From assembly GCA_000092065.1 (NCBI GenBank), contig CP000585.1: DNA of 64,000 nucleotides; one strand, 5' to 3'. This document shows, in pieces, positions 41,701 to 51,400 of this stretch; position 1 is the stretch's first letter; each line of letters begins with the position of its first letter. This DNA is from Ostreococcus lucimarinus (Eukaryota). The position numbers and the translations under genes were made by a program. A model generated the notes under the pieces. It saw only the letters and a program-made list of their open reading frames with translations, made no database searches and had not been told where the DNA came from.

Positions 41701-44700
41701 TGTGCACACAGCGTTGTTGCGCGAGTTCTTCGATACTCTGTGCGCATCACCGGTGATACTGGACATCATCACAGCATCTGCCGTCTATGAAGGTAAGAAT
41801 GGTTGGACTCAAGAGACGGCAAAGTTTAGCGCCGGTGACGTCCTCGTCAACGCCTTTACTGATGCAATGGAGTCAAATTTGCTGACAATCGATCCCATGC
41901 GACCGCACGGCGTCAAAAGAGCCGAATGCGCGACTCGGATTATTGCGTCAGCACTCACGAGGCATGCATGGGATCGCGCGTGGCAGTCCACGGGCGCACG
42001 TCGATCCATCGCCGCCGCGTACGCGCCGCTCCTGCGCTTACTCATCGCGCAATGTCAAACCATTGAAACCCTACCCCTAGTGGCACGCAGAGACGCTTTG
42101 GTGAGCATTCTCTCATTAGCTCGCGATTCCGACGCGAATAAACTTTGGACTTGGCTCAGTGACGACGCCTCACGAATGAAACACTTCGTGAGCATCCTTT
42201 CGATGGCGGCTAAAGACTTTGCCTACGAGCGCGACGAAAAGGGAGCGTGGTCGCCCGCCGGCCCGGTGTCCGTAGACGTCTTGGATTCTCAAATCGTTTC
42301 GGACAGACGCATGGGCGCAGGTCATCTAAACACATGCGTGTACATGATCGTTTTGCGTCTGATACGCGAATGGCACGCGCGTGGTAGCTCGAAGTCGAAC
42401 TGGGGCGTCATACGCGTCGCGGCTCGAGCGATGGGCTATCGCAGCAAAGTTCCAGATCCAAATGAGACGGTGCAGATCACGAGGTCTGTGTCATTATCTC
42501 CATCGGAGTCGTTATCGTTCGACGATTTTGCCAGAGAAGGTACGCAGGGCGACGAGGAGTGTGAAGTTGAATCGTTCAACGCGTTGGAGGGCGTCTTGGG
42601 CGTGATGCTCGCTATTTTATCGAGGCCGCAGAGCGCTGCCGCTTGGAAATTGTCGGCGCCAATTTTGAATTCACTCTTAAGAGAACACAGAAAGGTGCTC
42701 ATGGCGTCGTTGCACCAACGTAAGGATAATGTTCCGATAGAAGATTATCCACCGAAGCCCGCGAAGGCACCAGGAGTAAGTCCGTACGCATTTTTACAAG
42801 GTGCCGCCATCGCGGTGTTCAAAGCCGCGGCGCGTCCACCGCCCACGCGTGATCTCGCAGTGGCAAGTTTACGAACGATGCTCGAGGCCGCTGTGGATAT
42901 CTTTGGTACGAGTGAACAACTGTGTCCGACGCTGATTTACGCCATGCATGCCGCGTTCTTTCCGTTGAGACCCATTTCATGCGCAGATGGTGTGGCAATT
43001 TCCTTGGAGGCTCTCAAATCCGGCAACGAGGTGAGCCCGGCGGGTTGGAACAACTCGGTCAAGGAAACGCTGCAAACGCTTCAGTATGCGGAGATCTGCA
43101 TTCGAAAATTAGCAAACGCGACGATGAATCCAAGTTCGATGTTCGATGTATCGTGTGCGGTTGAGCTCGAGTCATCGCTTGCGCTCGCTCTCAAGTCTTC
43201 TCCCGCGGCGCACGTCAAGGTGTTGCATTCGTTGTCAAATAGACTCGCCGCGAACGAGCACTGGGTGGAAGCCGCGGAAGCATCGACGGCTGCTGGCATC
43301 ATCGCTATGCAAGCTTTCTCAATTGCCGCTCCTACGTTGTGTGTGTGGTTCGATCACGATGTGCAGTCATTGCGAGACTCATTCTTTGCTTTACCCGACG
43401 GCGCATCGCCAGTTCCTGCTGTCGCCGGCATCCGCTGTGGCACGGAAGAAATCAGCGAGGCACAAATATTAACTCATCTATCTCGAGCGGTGGACTTGTT
43501 TACCAAGGGTGGTCACCTCGAAGCTGCAATCCGCGTCAACGAAACCGCGCAAATCGCATGGGAGACGCACAGACAGTTTGATTCGCTGAGCGAATCACAC
43601 GCCATGATGGCTGAACTTTTCCGCCGTCTCGACGCGACATCTGGCGTTGGCGATCCCAAGCGCTACGAATGGGACATCACGAGTAAACCACCACCTGAGT
43701 CGGCGACATTTTGGCGTATACGTCTACTCGGTGATGTGTGGGATAAAATGCAAGGTTTGGAGTGGGTCTATCGCGAGAGCCAAGATCGAACGCTCGGCGA
43801 CATGAATAAAAAGATCATCTCGCAACTTTCGCCGTATCTTCCTTCAGGTACACGCGTCACGGCAATGTCAACGAATGCAGAAAGTGTGATCGAAGAAGGA
43901 TGTGCCGGTGTGCAAATAACAGCGGTGCAGAGAGACTTAGAGTCGATTAATCAAGCCGCCATTGGTGGCGGCGTTGGCGGCACTGGTTTCACACGGTGTG
44001 GGCGGTTCATGTTTGACACTCCAGTTTTGTTCACCGAAGACGGTGAGGTCAGTCAAGGGCAAGGTGCAGTCGTCGCATCCCTTCGTTATCAAGGACGACG
44101 CCGTACGATTATCACGGTCGATGGGCAGTTCCCAAGTCTTCTCCCCCGTGCGCCCATTATTGACACCACTGTCGAAGAAATGAACCCGTGTCAGAGCGCG
44201 ATTCAAATGCTCGAGGAGCAAACCATCGCGTTATTAGCAGCGGCGCACGCTCGTAGACCTCACGCTGAGCTCTTACAAAGGTTACTACAAGGATCTCTTG
44301 CGGCTGGCGTGAACGGCGGCGTACCGTCGTTGATACATTCATTTTTTCGAACCGAATTGCCGAGCGCGGTAGCGTATCATGGTGAAGCGATGCGTGAGGC
44401 TGAATTTTTGACGCCTGCGCGCGCTGTCGAAGTTTCGCCAGAAACACCGACTCCATCATCGCGCCATTCGACGCCGAGGTTACCGATGATTCACCACAAG
44501 CGAGGCTTGAGTGAAAATGCCGTCCCCATGGGTGCCGGCATTCCGCTCGACACGCCGACGAGCGCATCGTATCCGACGCCATCACCGAGCGCAAAAGCAC
44601 CACCACCGTCTCCAGCCTCGGTCGCAAAATCAGTGCTAATAACGCCCATCTCTACAACAACGCTATCACCGAGCACGCCGGCGCCACCACTATCGAGATC

Positions 44701-44902
44701 AGATAGCCTGGGGTTAGTGCAAGCGCTTTGGAAACTTTACCGAGCGTGCGTGAAAGTTTTTGAGACACACCAAAAGCTGGAGCAAGCGGAACATTTGGAG
44801 CGGTTGTTCGAGAGCGCGATTCAAGATTTGCGCGTAAGCATCGAATCAGTGGAAAATGACTTGGAGTTCGAAGAAGCTACGGACGAGATCGCGTCGCCGT
44901 AG
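38735..44902 (+). CDS. DOCK-family Rho/Rac guanine-nucleotide exchange factor (SPIKE1-like), ~2055 aa
   Basis: N-terminal DHR-1/C2-like region. C-terminal DHR-2 with diagnostic blocks TFWRIRLLGDVWDKMQGLEWVYRESQDRTLGDMNKKIISQL and RCGRFMFDTPVLFTEDGEVSQGQGAVVASLRYQGRRRTIITVDGQFPSLLPRAP. First ATG 38735 (the ORF-track start 38675 is TTG). Confidence 0.75.
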   Translation: MTTSGSTWRAIRRGGSMHAPATGTRHGSMSSNGGSFNGTSGAAANDGGGGFRAAVIDANEIDAPHVEALVASKRARWLALEMGANDGWARGAETSERARERYDEEEDETRQTTSASTSTSGEGESDAGANDDVSEDGSLMRLYDTGIRGTHPLPGSLALPKTPASALGKMPAVSLSAATRERQTVRFTLEIAEIYFEVGALETIEGTMALYDVQTRTKVSENFHFSWPNAKQSTIAAFTVPAESLTLNIRLLVHFTHLAADEGGIEDKVYTYKDLRKAKVHAEKERQRVLGMEALRQHEAQASQKSAASVHSSDGSTQLAANEVENPNISKRRNTLAWAVLPIFDARAGAAPDRATLLSETKCSEMYRVKEAYTEFSLMEAAISSGTSHSLKSHKPIRCKLVCLLNPLDVPAPGAETNAFKFPPGLVHVKELLSFCPRTQNGELDWETAWGGAVDDGLSRDLYVYVKTIDIGKRQDLRVRMQLRDDDLDIDGRGLLAFPSPCGRGLCRESWTAMSRLRSKGGVFYHEARVRLPVRLNPSHHLVLSIFGAQSASTGLFSAGAGEEELLGHSVINLCSQPETLASKIASATTPTGGDLSLVAVRELLPKYLQSNVRTHMPYWEERKECVHVRLRLASTMHTGDVHIGALFAASAAWCNAQTPETEDKLRIAVSELSLASDRALIQHLPAILNLLVSLTLRIADPEVEMDQTEEQLSSRLSKDSRRDDDDDAISLASAALSDDLAGSIDTIANKQQSLISSLSKNERVDETQDIGTLAFHTLVRVVAAVQRVDPGPKPAVAGVVSHSPPLEAYITLAFGSLERSSSKQLTKLQTLGTSRSNVPVHAVLAKRYSAVLGAIRESYIPYEEALSMSWFFLGMIYRAIALDRAQSPSDTISMEHDDAALRQVVDILSNEVKTRGERTSPSNADLEQARNLNCGVAMFLTALFTVPGIKKQMDGAKDVKTLGRAGPLAPLATTLAALHVKSLGEGNAVHTALLREFFDTLCASPVILDIITASAVYEGKNGWTQETAKFSAGDVLVNAFTDAMESNLLTIDPMRPHGVKRAECATRIIASALTRHAWDRAWQSTGARRSIAAAYAPLLRLLIAQCQTIETLPLVARRDALVSILSLARDSDANKLWTWLSDDASRMKHFVSILSMAAKDFAYERDEKGAWSPAGPVSVDVLDSQIVSDRRMGAGHLNTCVYMIVLRLIREWHARGSSKSNWGVIRVAARAMGYRSKVPDPNETVQITRSVSLSPSESLSFDDFAREGTQGDEECEVESFNALEGVLGVMLAILSRPQSAAAWKLSAPILNSLLREHRKVLMASLHQRKDNVPIEDYPPKPAKAPGVSPYAFLQGAAIAVFKAAARPPPTRDLAVASLRTMLEAAVDIFGTSEQLCPTLIYAMHAAFFPLRPISCADGVAISLEALKSGNEVSPAGWNNSVKETLQTLQYAEICIRKLANATMNPSSMFDVSCAVELESSLALALKSSPAAHVKVLHSLSNRLAANEHWVEAAEASTAAGIIAMQAFSIAAPTLCVWFDHDVQSLRDSFFALPDGASPVPAVAGIRCGTEEISEAQILTHLSRAVDLFTKGGHLEAAIRVNETAQIAWETHRQFDSLSESHAMMAELFRRLDATSGVGDPKRYEWDITSKPPPESATFWRIRLLGDVWDKMQGLEWVYRESQDRTLGDMNKKIISQLSPYLPSGTRVTAMSTNAESVIEEGCAGVQITAVQRDLESINQAAIGGGVGGTGFTRCGRFMFDTPVLFTEDGEVSQGQGAVVASLRYQGRRRTIITVDGQFPSLLPRAPIIDTTVEEMNPCQSAIQMLEEQTIALLAAAHARRPHAELLQRLLQGSLAAGVNGGVPSLIHSFFRTELPSAVAYHGEAMREAEFLTPARAVEVSPETPTPSSRHSTPRLPMIHHKRGLSENAVPMGAGIPLDTPTSASYPTPSPSAKAPPPSPASVAKSVLITPISTTTLSPSTPAPPLSRSDSLGLVQALWKLYRACVKVFETHQKLEQAEHLERLFESAIQDLRVSIESVENDLEFEEATDEIASP

Positions 44903-44983
44903 TGTATACTCTGTTCAGTGTAAAAAAATAGAATGTCTTTCATTACCAGTAATCGTTTCTTCATTCATGTTCCATCAAGCGTT

Positions 44984-47900
44984 TCAACCAAAGACGAACT
45001 CCCAGTTTTCTTCCTTGTCCGAATCGGATGCGTCGTTCACCGTCGTTGTCGTGTCGTCAAGCGAAGCAAAGACGTCGGCCACGCTTGGACAATCTCGAGC
45101 CCGATGGCCGTGCTGCTGACAAATTTTGCATGTGTCCTCGTCGAACGAACAATCGCGAGCGAAGTGCCCAAGCTCACCGCATCTACGACATTTGTCCGTC
45201 GGTTTCGGCCCTGGTCGCAGCTCTTCGGGTCGATTGTCGGGATATAAGCAGTCCTTTGCCCAATGGCCTTTGACACCGCACCTATTGCAAACATCTTCTG
45301 AACGCGACGTAGCTTTGCGTTCACGCGGACTCGAGTTCGGCGACGATTCGTTAGACAGCTTAAAGTCTTCGAATGCCACCTTCCGGCGAACTTCGTCGTC
45401 CGAATTCATCAGTCTGAATTTTTTGGTGTGCGCGTCAGCGATAATCTTTGTTTGTTTCATCGTTGACGCGGGCGTCGTCGACGTGGGCGACTTCGCGGGA
45501 GAAACACCTGATTTGTCCGGAGTTCGCGGACTCGCGCCGCCGCGATTGACAACGTGGTATTCGACGACGTCGCGACCGATGCAACGTTCGAAAATCACAC
45601 GCGCCACGAAACAAAGCGGGACGTTTCCGCTCGACACGTTCGTACACGTGAACCGGCCGTGGAAGACGATGTTCGCGGATGCGTCCATGTTAGCATCCAA
45701 ATCAAACTCTCGCGTCGGCAAACGCTGAACGTACAACAACCGGTCGTCGTGCTCTGAGCCGATGAAGAGCATCCCCGGATATTTTGCCGGTAGATGATTC
45801 GTGCTCAAGCGGCTCTCAGAAGTATTCTTAAACGACAGCTTGACGTCGACGCTGTAGGACTCCTTCGACATGGCGTGATGCGTCATTTCAACCTTGAGCT
45901 CGGATGGAAAATCCTTTACGTCACCTTGAAGGGTGTTGCCAAACGGAAACGACTTGCCGAGCTTCATTTCGATGCGACGCGGATCTGCGTCTTCAACGTC
46001 TTCGAGCGTCATAATTCTAGCTTCAATGAGCTTTTCGATAACTTTTTTCATGCGCGAGTGCTTGAGCTGTCGAATTTGCACTTTCGTGTCCGGCCACATG
46101 TGCACGTCGAGACCTTTGGCGAGCGAAAAGGCGTTCGCTGCAGCGGTAAACGTCAACGTGGATTGATAGTACTCTGACGCCGCGCGCATGATGCGAGTTC
46201 CGAGCTGAAGAACTTTATCACCTTCCATTCGCATCGACGGATGCGAGAGCGTGATGCTCGGTTCGACCACGTCAGTTAAAATATACTGCGCCAAAAGATA
46301 CAGCTTTTCGCCCGGCGTACGAATTACCTTCGCTAAGGACAACTTTTGCGACTTTCCAGTAGTCTCTTGCACGGGAAAGCGAATAATCTTTTGATCTGTG
46401 TTCAACTGCTTCAACAACTTCCTTTCATCTCGGCGAAGCTTGATGTCTTTGAACTCGTAACTCTCACACAACATTCTTAAAAGATCCGCGTACGACGGTG
46501 TCGCGACGTTTCGCATGATGTTCTTCATCGTTTTGAAGCGCAAATAACGAAGAGACATGATGTCTCCGGCTTTGAGCGGTTGAAGCGCGCTATTTCCTAC
46601 CACGGCGCACATTCCTGACGCAATAAGCTCATCCAAAGTCGCCTTGATTAACCGCTTCACGTGTTCTGTCACCGTATCATCGTTCTTAATTCCGTACTTT
46701 CTTGGTTCCGCGCAAACGCGAATATAGTAATACGTGCTTTGCACCCACTCCAGGACGTCGTCCACCGTGTTCACAGTTCGACAGCTTATTTCAGCGTTTA
46801 AGTACTCAGGCAGCGATGAACCGAGACTTGACTCGAGCGGATACTTGCCATGAACTAATCCCTCGTAGCGCGATCGCAAAGAGTTCTTCGTCATCACCAC
46901 CGCCACGCCCTCGGTGTCGAATTGAGGTCGCCCCGCGCGGCCGATCATCTGAAGTAGGGTGTCCATGGATATTTCCTTGTACGCGCCACCACCGTCGTAA
47001 ATATCCGTACCAGCGACGACGCACAAGTACGCTGGAAGATTAACGCCCACAGCTAAAGTGCTCGTACTGCACAAAACCATAATAGCGCGAGAGCAAAACA
47101 ATCCCTCGACCAACTCGCGATCGCCTCGTTCCAGCCCGGCGTGATGAAACGCTACGCCGGCGGTGATACACTCAGCAAGATGTTTGTTCTGCGCTTGCAT
47201 GGACGCTTCGAGCAAGAATTGGGAGAGTTGTGGGTTTACGAACTGTCTACGAGAGTCCACCACGAGCTGCTTCGCCGTCTGCTGCGCGTCATTGCGACTG
47301 CCCAAAAACACGAGCGTCTGCTTGCCGCGATAGAATTCCCGAATCACCGCAAACACTTTTTGCTTGAGATACTTGTTGAATAAAAAATCGCTCGTTGTGT
47401 CCGGAAAACTGCGCACGTACGTCTGTAACTTGACAGGTCGAAACTCTTCACCGAACACAAACGTGCCATCGCGATTGGCGCCGAGCCAATTCGCGAGGTT
47501 TTCAATGTTCGGAATCGTCGCACTCACGGCGCCAAAGCGAACGTTTCGCAAGTGCGATTGCAATAGAGCCGACGACTTGCTCAGCAACTTTAAACGACTA
47601 ACAATGGCTTCCAAACACCCTCCACGAATGTCACCGATGAGATGCACTTCATCAATCAACACCGCGGCGACGTCGCTGAAGAACGACATCCCGCCGCGGT
47701 TCGCGTCCAGACGAGTCACGCGGTCGAATTTTTCCGGCGTGGCCAAAATCGCATCGACATTCTCAATCTCCCCCCACACGTCCCCACCAAAATCGTTATC
47801 TCCCGTCAACTCCGCAAACGTGATTCCGATCCGGCCTAATCGTTCTCGCCATTCGCGCGCCTTTTCGCTCACCAAAGCCCGACTCGGCGCGAGATAAATC

Positions 47901-48483
47901 ACCTTTCTCCGCCCTCGCGCCGCGCTCAATCCCCCCTCCGTCGCGTTCGGTCCTCGCAACGCCGCCAACATCGCCAACTCAAACACCGTCGTTTTCCCGC
48001 TCCCCGTCGGCGCGCCTGCGTTCGCGTTCGACGCGCGATCACGCGTTCATTCGTCAGTCCTTTCCAAAACGAGGCACTCGCCGCGCGTCTCGCGTTCGCG
48101 TCGCGTCACGCACTCATCACGAAGCTCCGTCGCGTGTTCACCAAAAACTCGAGCATCTCGCTCTGAATGCTGTTGAAATACCTACGACGCGCGCGTCGTC
48201 GCGACGCCTTCGCGTCAGTCCGTCGCGTCGCGCGCGACACCGTCGTTCCCGCGCGACCGTTGCGAACGCACTTGAAATCAAACGCTCTGGCCGTGTCTAA
48301 AGGTTCTATGTCCGTCGTCGCGCGCAGCGCGTCCCGACGCGGACGCGCGTACATGACGCGTCGCGATGATTTCTTTCGTTCGCGCGCGCGCGCGCGTCGT
48401 CGCGCGACGCGCGTCGTCGTGTGCGGACCGCTCTTTCCCCTCGCGCGAAGTGCCGAGTCTCTCGGAACTGGAGACGAGTCCAT
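44984..48483 (-). CDS. MER3: MER3/HFM1-type Ski2-like DNA helicase (meiotic crossover helicase) with three C-terminal CCHC zinc knuckles, 2 exons: join(complement(48113..48483),complement(44984..48014))
   Basis: Exon 1 ends ...RYFNSIQSEMLEFLVNTRRSFVM at A|GTGCGT. Exon 2 begins after ACGCAG| giving VMSAPTGSGKTTVFELAMLAAL (motif I). DEVH (LIDEVHLIGD), a Sec63 domain, and CNRCGVKGHWAKDC / CRRCGELGHFARDC / CKICQQHGHRARDC knuckles follow. The exon-1 start is uncertain (ATG 48483 or 48354). Confidence 0.75.
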
Positions 48484-48570
48484 CTCGCTGAGTCGTGACT
48501 CGTCAAAATCAAATCGACGTGAGGAATTCGCGCGTCGAGTCGACACACGGCGACGCGCGCGCTCGACTCG

Positions 48571-50313
48571 ATGCGCGCGCGACGCGAGACGACGACGGAC
48601 GACGCGAGTCGCGCGTCGGACGCGCGCGACGACGCGTCGACGCCGGAGACGTCGGCGAAACGCGACGCGCGATACGAATATGAGATCGCGTTGGGGAGCA
48701 GTGGATGGTTGTTCGTGTATTACGTCGGCGTCGTCAAGGCGATGCGCGAACGAGGGATGGCGAGGTGCGCGTTGAAGATGTTTGCGCGGTGCGCGCGCGG
48801 TTCGGAACGCGACGGCGCGCGAGAGGGTGGTTCGGTGGCGTAAGATGGGGACGCCGACGCCGGACGACGCGTCTCGCGCGACGACGGATGACTGACGAAA
48901 CGGCGGCGATTTTACGATGCGCGCAGTAAAACGAAGGTGTACGGGACCTCTGGTGGGGCACTTTCGGGGGCGTTGTTGTTCATGGACTGCGATTTGGACG
49001 CGTTGGCGCAGTATGTGTACATTTGCGCGGCGCGAGCGCGGCGGTCGGTGTTGGGGGCGTTTCAACTGCGCGCGTACTGTCGAGGCGCGATGACGGAGTT
49101 TTGTGATCCCAAGGCGCATGAGTTACTGTCCGGGAGGTTTGAAGTGTCGATCACGAGAATACTGCCGTCGTGGAAGAATCTACGAATCAGTTCGTTTCCG
49201 ACGTATGACTTTTTGATTCAGGCGTTGTTGTGCTCGGCGTGCATCGTGCCGCTGAGCGGGTTGCCGATGTGGTTGCGAGGTTTCGGTTTGTGCCTGGACG
49301 GTGCTGTGACGGACATGCAGGTTTGGAAAGGGTTTAAGAAAGATGGCACCTTCAGCAAGTTGCATTGCAAGGAGGCGAACCCGAACATCGTCATCGTCAA
49401 TCCATTTTATTCGTCGCGGGCGGACATCAAGCCGAGCAAGTACATCCCGGTTTGGTGGTGCTTTTACCCGCCAGAGCCGTACAAATTGAAGCAGCTCTTC
49501 GAGATGGGATACGCAGACGCGCACGATTGGTACGAGCGCACGCACGGCTTAGCGAAAACATTGAAGTCGTCGCCCAAAACGCGAGCGGTGGGCAGCGACG
49601 ACGGCGCTTCCGCGGAAGACGAAGAACCGCCGCGAAGCTGGGCGACAGACTGTCAAGAGTGGGCGAGCCAGAGCGCAGAGACGGCGGCTCGCCGCGCGGC
49701 CGCTGCGGCTGAATCCGCGCGTCGTGCGGCGGCAAAACACGCCGACGAGTTTGGATCTTTCATGAAGCACGAAGCCGAGCTCGTGACGCGCATGAGTTTC
49801 AAAGCAGCCGAGGTTGCGTCCGCGGCGGCGCGAAGCGTGAGCGAGATGAAGGACGACAGAAATTTCGCAGAGCGCGCCGACGCCGCGGCGCACGCCACCT
49901 TAGACGCGTTTGTCGTCGTCGGCAAGGGTACCATCATACCCTTCAGATTGGTTCTCAAAATTGCCGCCTGTTTGCTCGTTTACATGGAGCTCGTAGTTCA
50001 AGCGTTCGTCGCCTTTGTCGGCGCCACGGTGGCGTGCATCTTTCCGGGTAAAGTCGGTCGACAGGGCACTGAGTTGTGGCACAGGTGCCGGGCATTTTCC
50101 CAACCGTTGCCGCGTGTGTTGCTCCAAGCCGTACCAGGAATCAAAATTGAGGCGAAAATCAACGAACGTACCGCTAAACAGCTCGGAGAGCTGTCCGCGT
50201 TGTACCGTTTGCTGTGTTATCTCGTGCACATGGAGGAGCGCGAGTTCGAGATTCTTCGAAAACGACTTTCGCAAGGCAATCTAAGCGCGCTCGTAGACGA
50301 CGTTAAAACGTAG
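48571..50313 (+). CDS. Patatin-like phospholipase domain protein, 2 exons: join(48571..48764,48927..50313)
   Basis: Exon 1 carries the oxyanion-hole block EIALGSSGWLFVYYVGVVKAMRERGMA and ends AG|GTGCGC. Exon 2 follows GCGCAG| and continues S-KTKVYGTSGGALSGALL (the GxSxG lipase motif). Long C-terminal extension with predicted helices. Confidence 0.7.
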
Positions 50314-50445
50314 AAACGTAGCCCATCATGTATCAAAAATTAGAACGTCTCGTGTTGTTTATTAAAAACTGATTTGTCATCGCGTGTCGCGCTCTTCGAA
50401 AGAGTCCAGAGGCGTCGACGGAAAAAACGCCGCGGGAAGAATCGT

Positions 50446-51318
50446 CTACCACCACGCCTTTTCGCCGTCGGTACCCGCCACGCGGATACCGTCGCTTCCG
50501 GCGACGATGACTTGGTACGCCATGCCAACGAACAAACCGTGATCGACAACGCCGACGGTGTTCTTCAACTGGTTCGCCGCAGCCACCGGGTCCGCGAGCG
50601 GCGTCTTGAAGTGCAAATCCACGATGTAGTTGCCGTTATCCGTCACCGCGATGTTATCGCCGTCGTTCTTATTGTTCGACGACGACCCCATGCGCAAGAT
50701 CGGTTCGCACCCAGCCAACGCCGGAAGCTTACCGATCGTTCGCAGCGTGTGCATGTGGCAAAACGGCGTGATTTCCACCGGCAAAGGGAAACCCGGTCCG
50801 AGACCCTTGCAAAGCTTGGACTCGTCCACGATGACGACAAACTTCTTCGCCATGACCTCAACCATCTTTTCTCGCAGCAGCGCACCACCGCCGCCCTTCA
50901 CGAGCGCCAACGCCGGATCAACCTCATCCGCACCATCGATCGCGACGTCCAATTCGCTCTTTTCATTCAGCGTGCACAACGGAATGTTCAGCGACTCGGC
51001 TTGCTCGCGCGTGCGCTCGCTCGTCGGGATGCAAATCACATCCTTGAGCTCCCCGCTCGCCAGCTTTTGTCCGACGCGTTCGACCGCGTAGTACGCCGTG
51101 GATCCCGTACCGAGGCCGACGACCATACCGCTCGTCACGTGGTCGTCCACGGACTTGTATCCGACGAGTTTCTTCAGTTCGTCTTGGCTCAGCGCCATGG
51201 TTTTCGTCGTCGAAGATCGCGCCTTGGCGAAGCGTCGCGCGGGCGCGAGCTTGGAGCGGTCGAGCGCTTTGGAGACGACGGTCGTTCGCGCGGTCGCGGT
51301 GAGGCCTTGGGCGAGCAT
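50446..51318 (-). CDS. RPI: Ribose-5-phosphate isomerase A with plastid-type transit peptide
   Basis: VVGLGTGSTAYYAVERVG...DVAIDGADEVD...KGGGGALLREKMV... is typical RpiA. ATG 51318 (MLAQGLTATARTTVVSKALDRS...) gives a 40-aa presequence; the internal Met at 51198 is the alternative start. The rest of the 841-aa track ORF upstream is spurious. Confidence 0.85.
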   Translation of the reverse strand: MLAQGLTATARTTVVSKALDRSKLAPARRFAKARSSTTKTMALSQDELKKLVGYKSVDDHVTSGMVVGLGTGSTAYYAVERVGQKLASGELKDVICIPTSERTREQAESLNIPLCTLNEKSELDVAIDGADEVDPALALVKGGGGALLREKMVEVMAKKFVVIVDESKLCKGLGPGFPLPVEITPFCHMHTLRTIGKLPALAGCEPILRMGSSSNNKNDGDNIAVTDNGNYIVDLHFKTPLADPVAAANQLKNTVGVVDHGLFVGMAYQVIVAGSDGIRVAGTDGEKAWW

Positions 51319-51400
51319 CGACGGGCAGACGGCGCGCGCGTCACGGTATGAGGCGCGGCCGCGTGTTATCCATCGGCACTCACGCGCGCCCGCGAGCGCG

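Noticed and set aside
50374-51351. 325-aa ORF on the + strand overlapping the RpiA gene, and the 841-aa minus ORF (50446..52971) extension upstream of RpiA
   Set aside because: RpiA homology stops at the presequence (ATG 51318). The upstream minus-strand residues are low-complexity and antisense to the well-supported SLC4 transporter N-domain. The + strand ORF is antisense to RpiA with no motifs.
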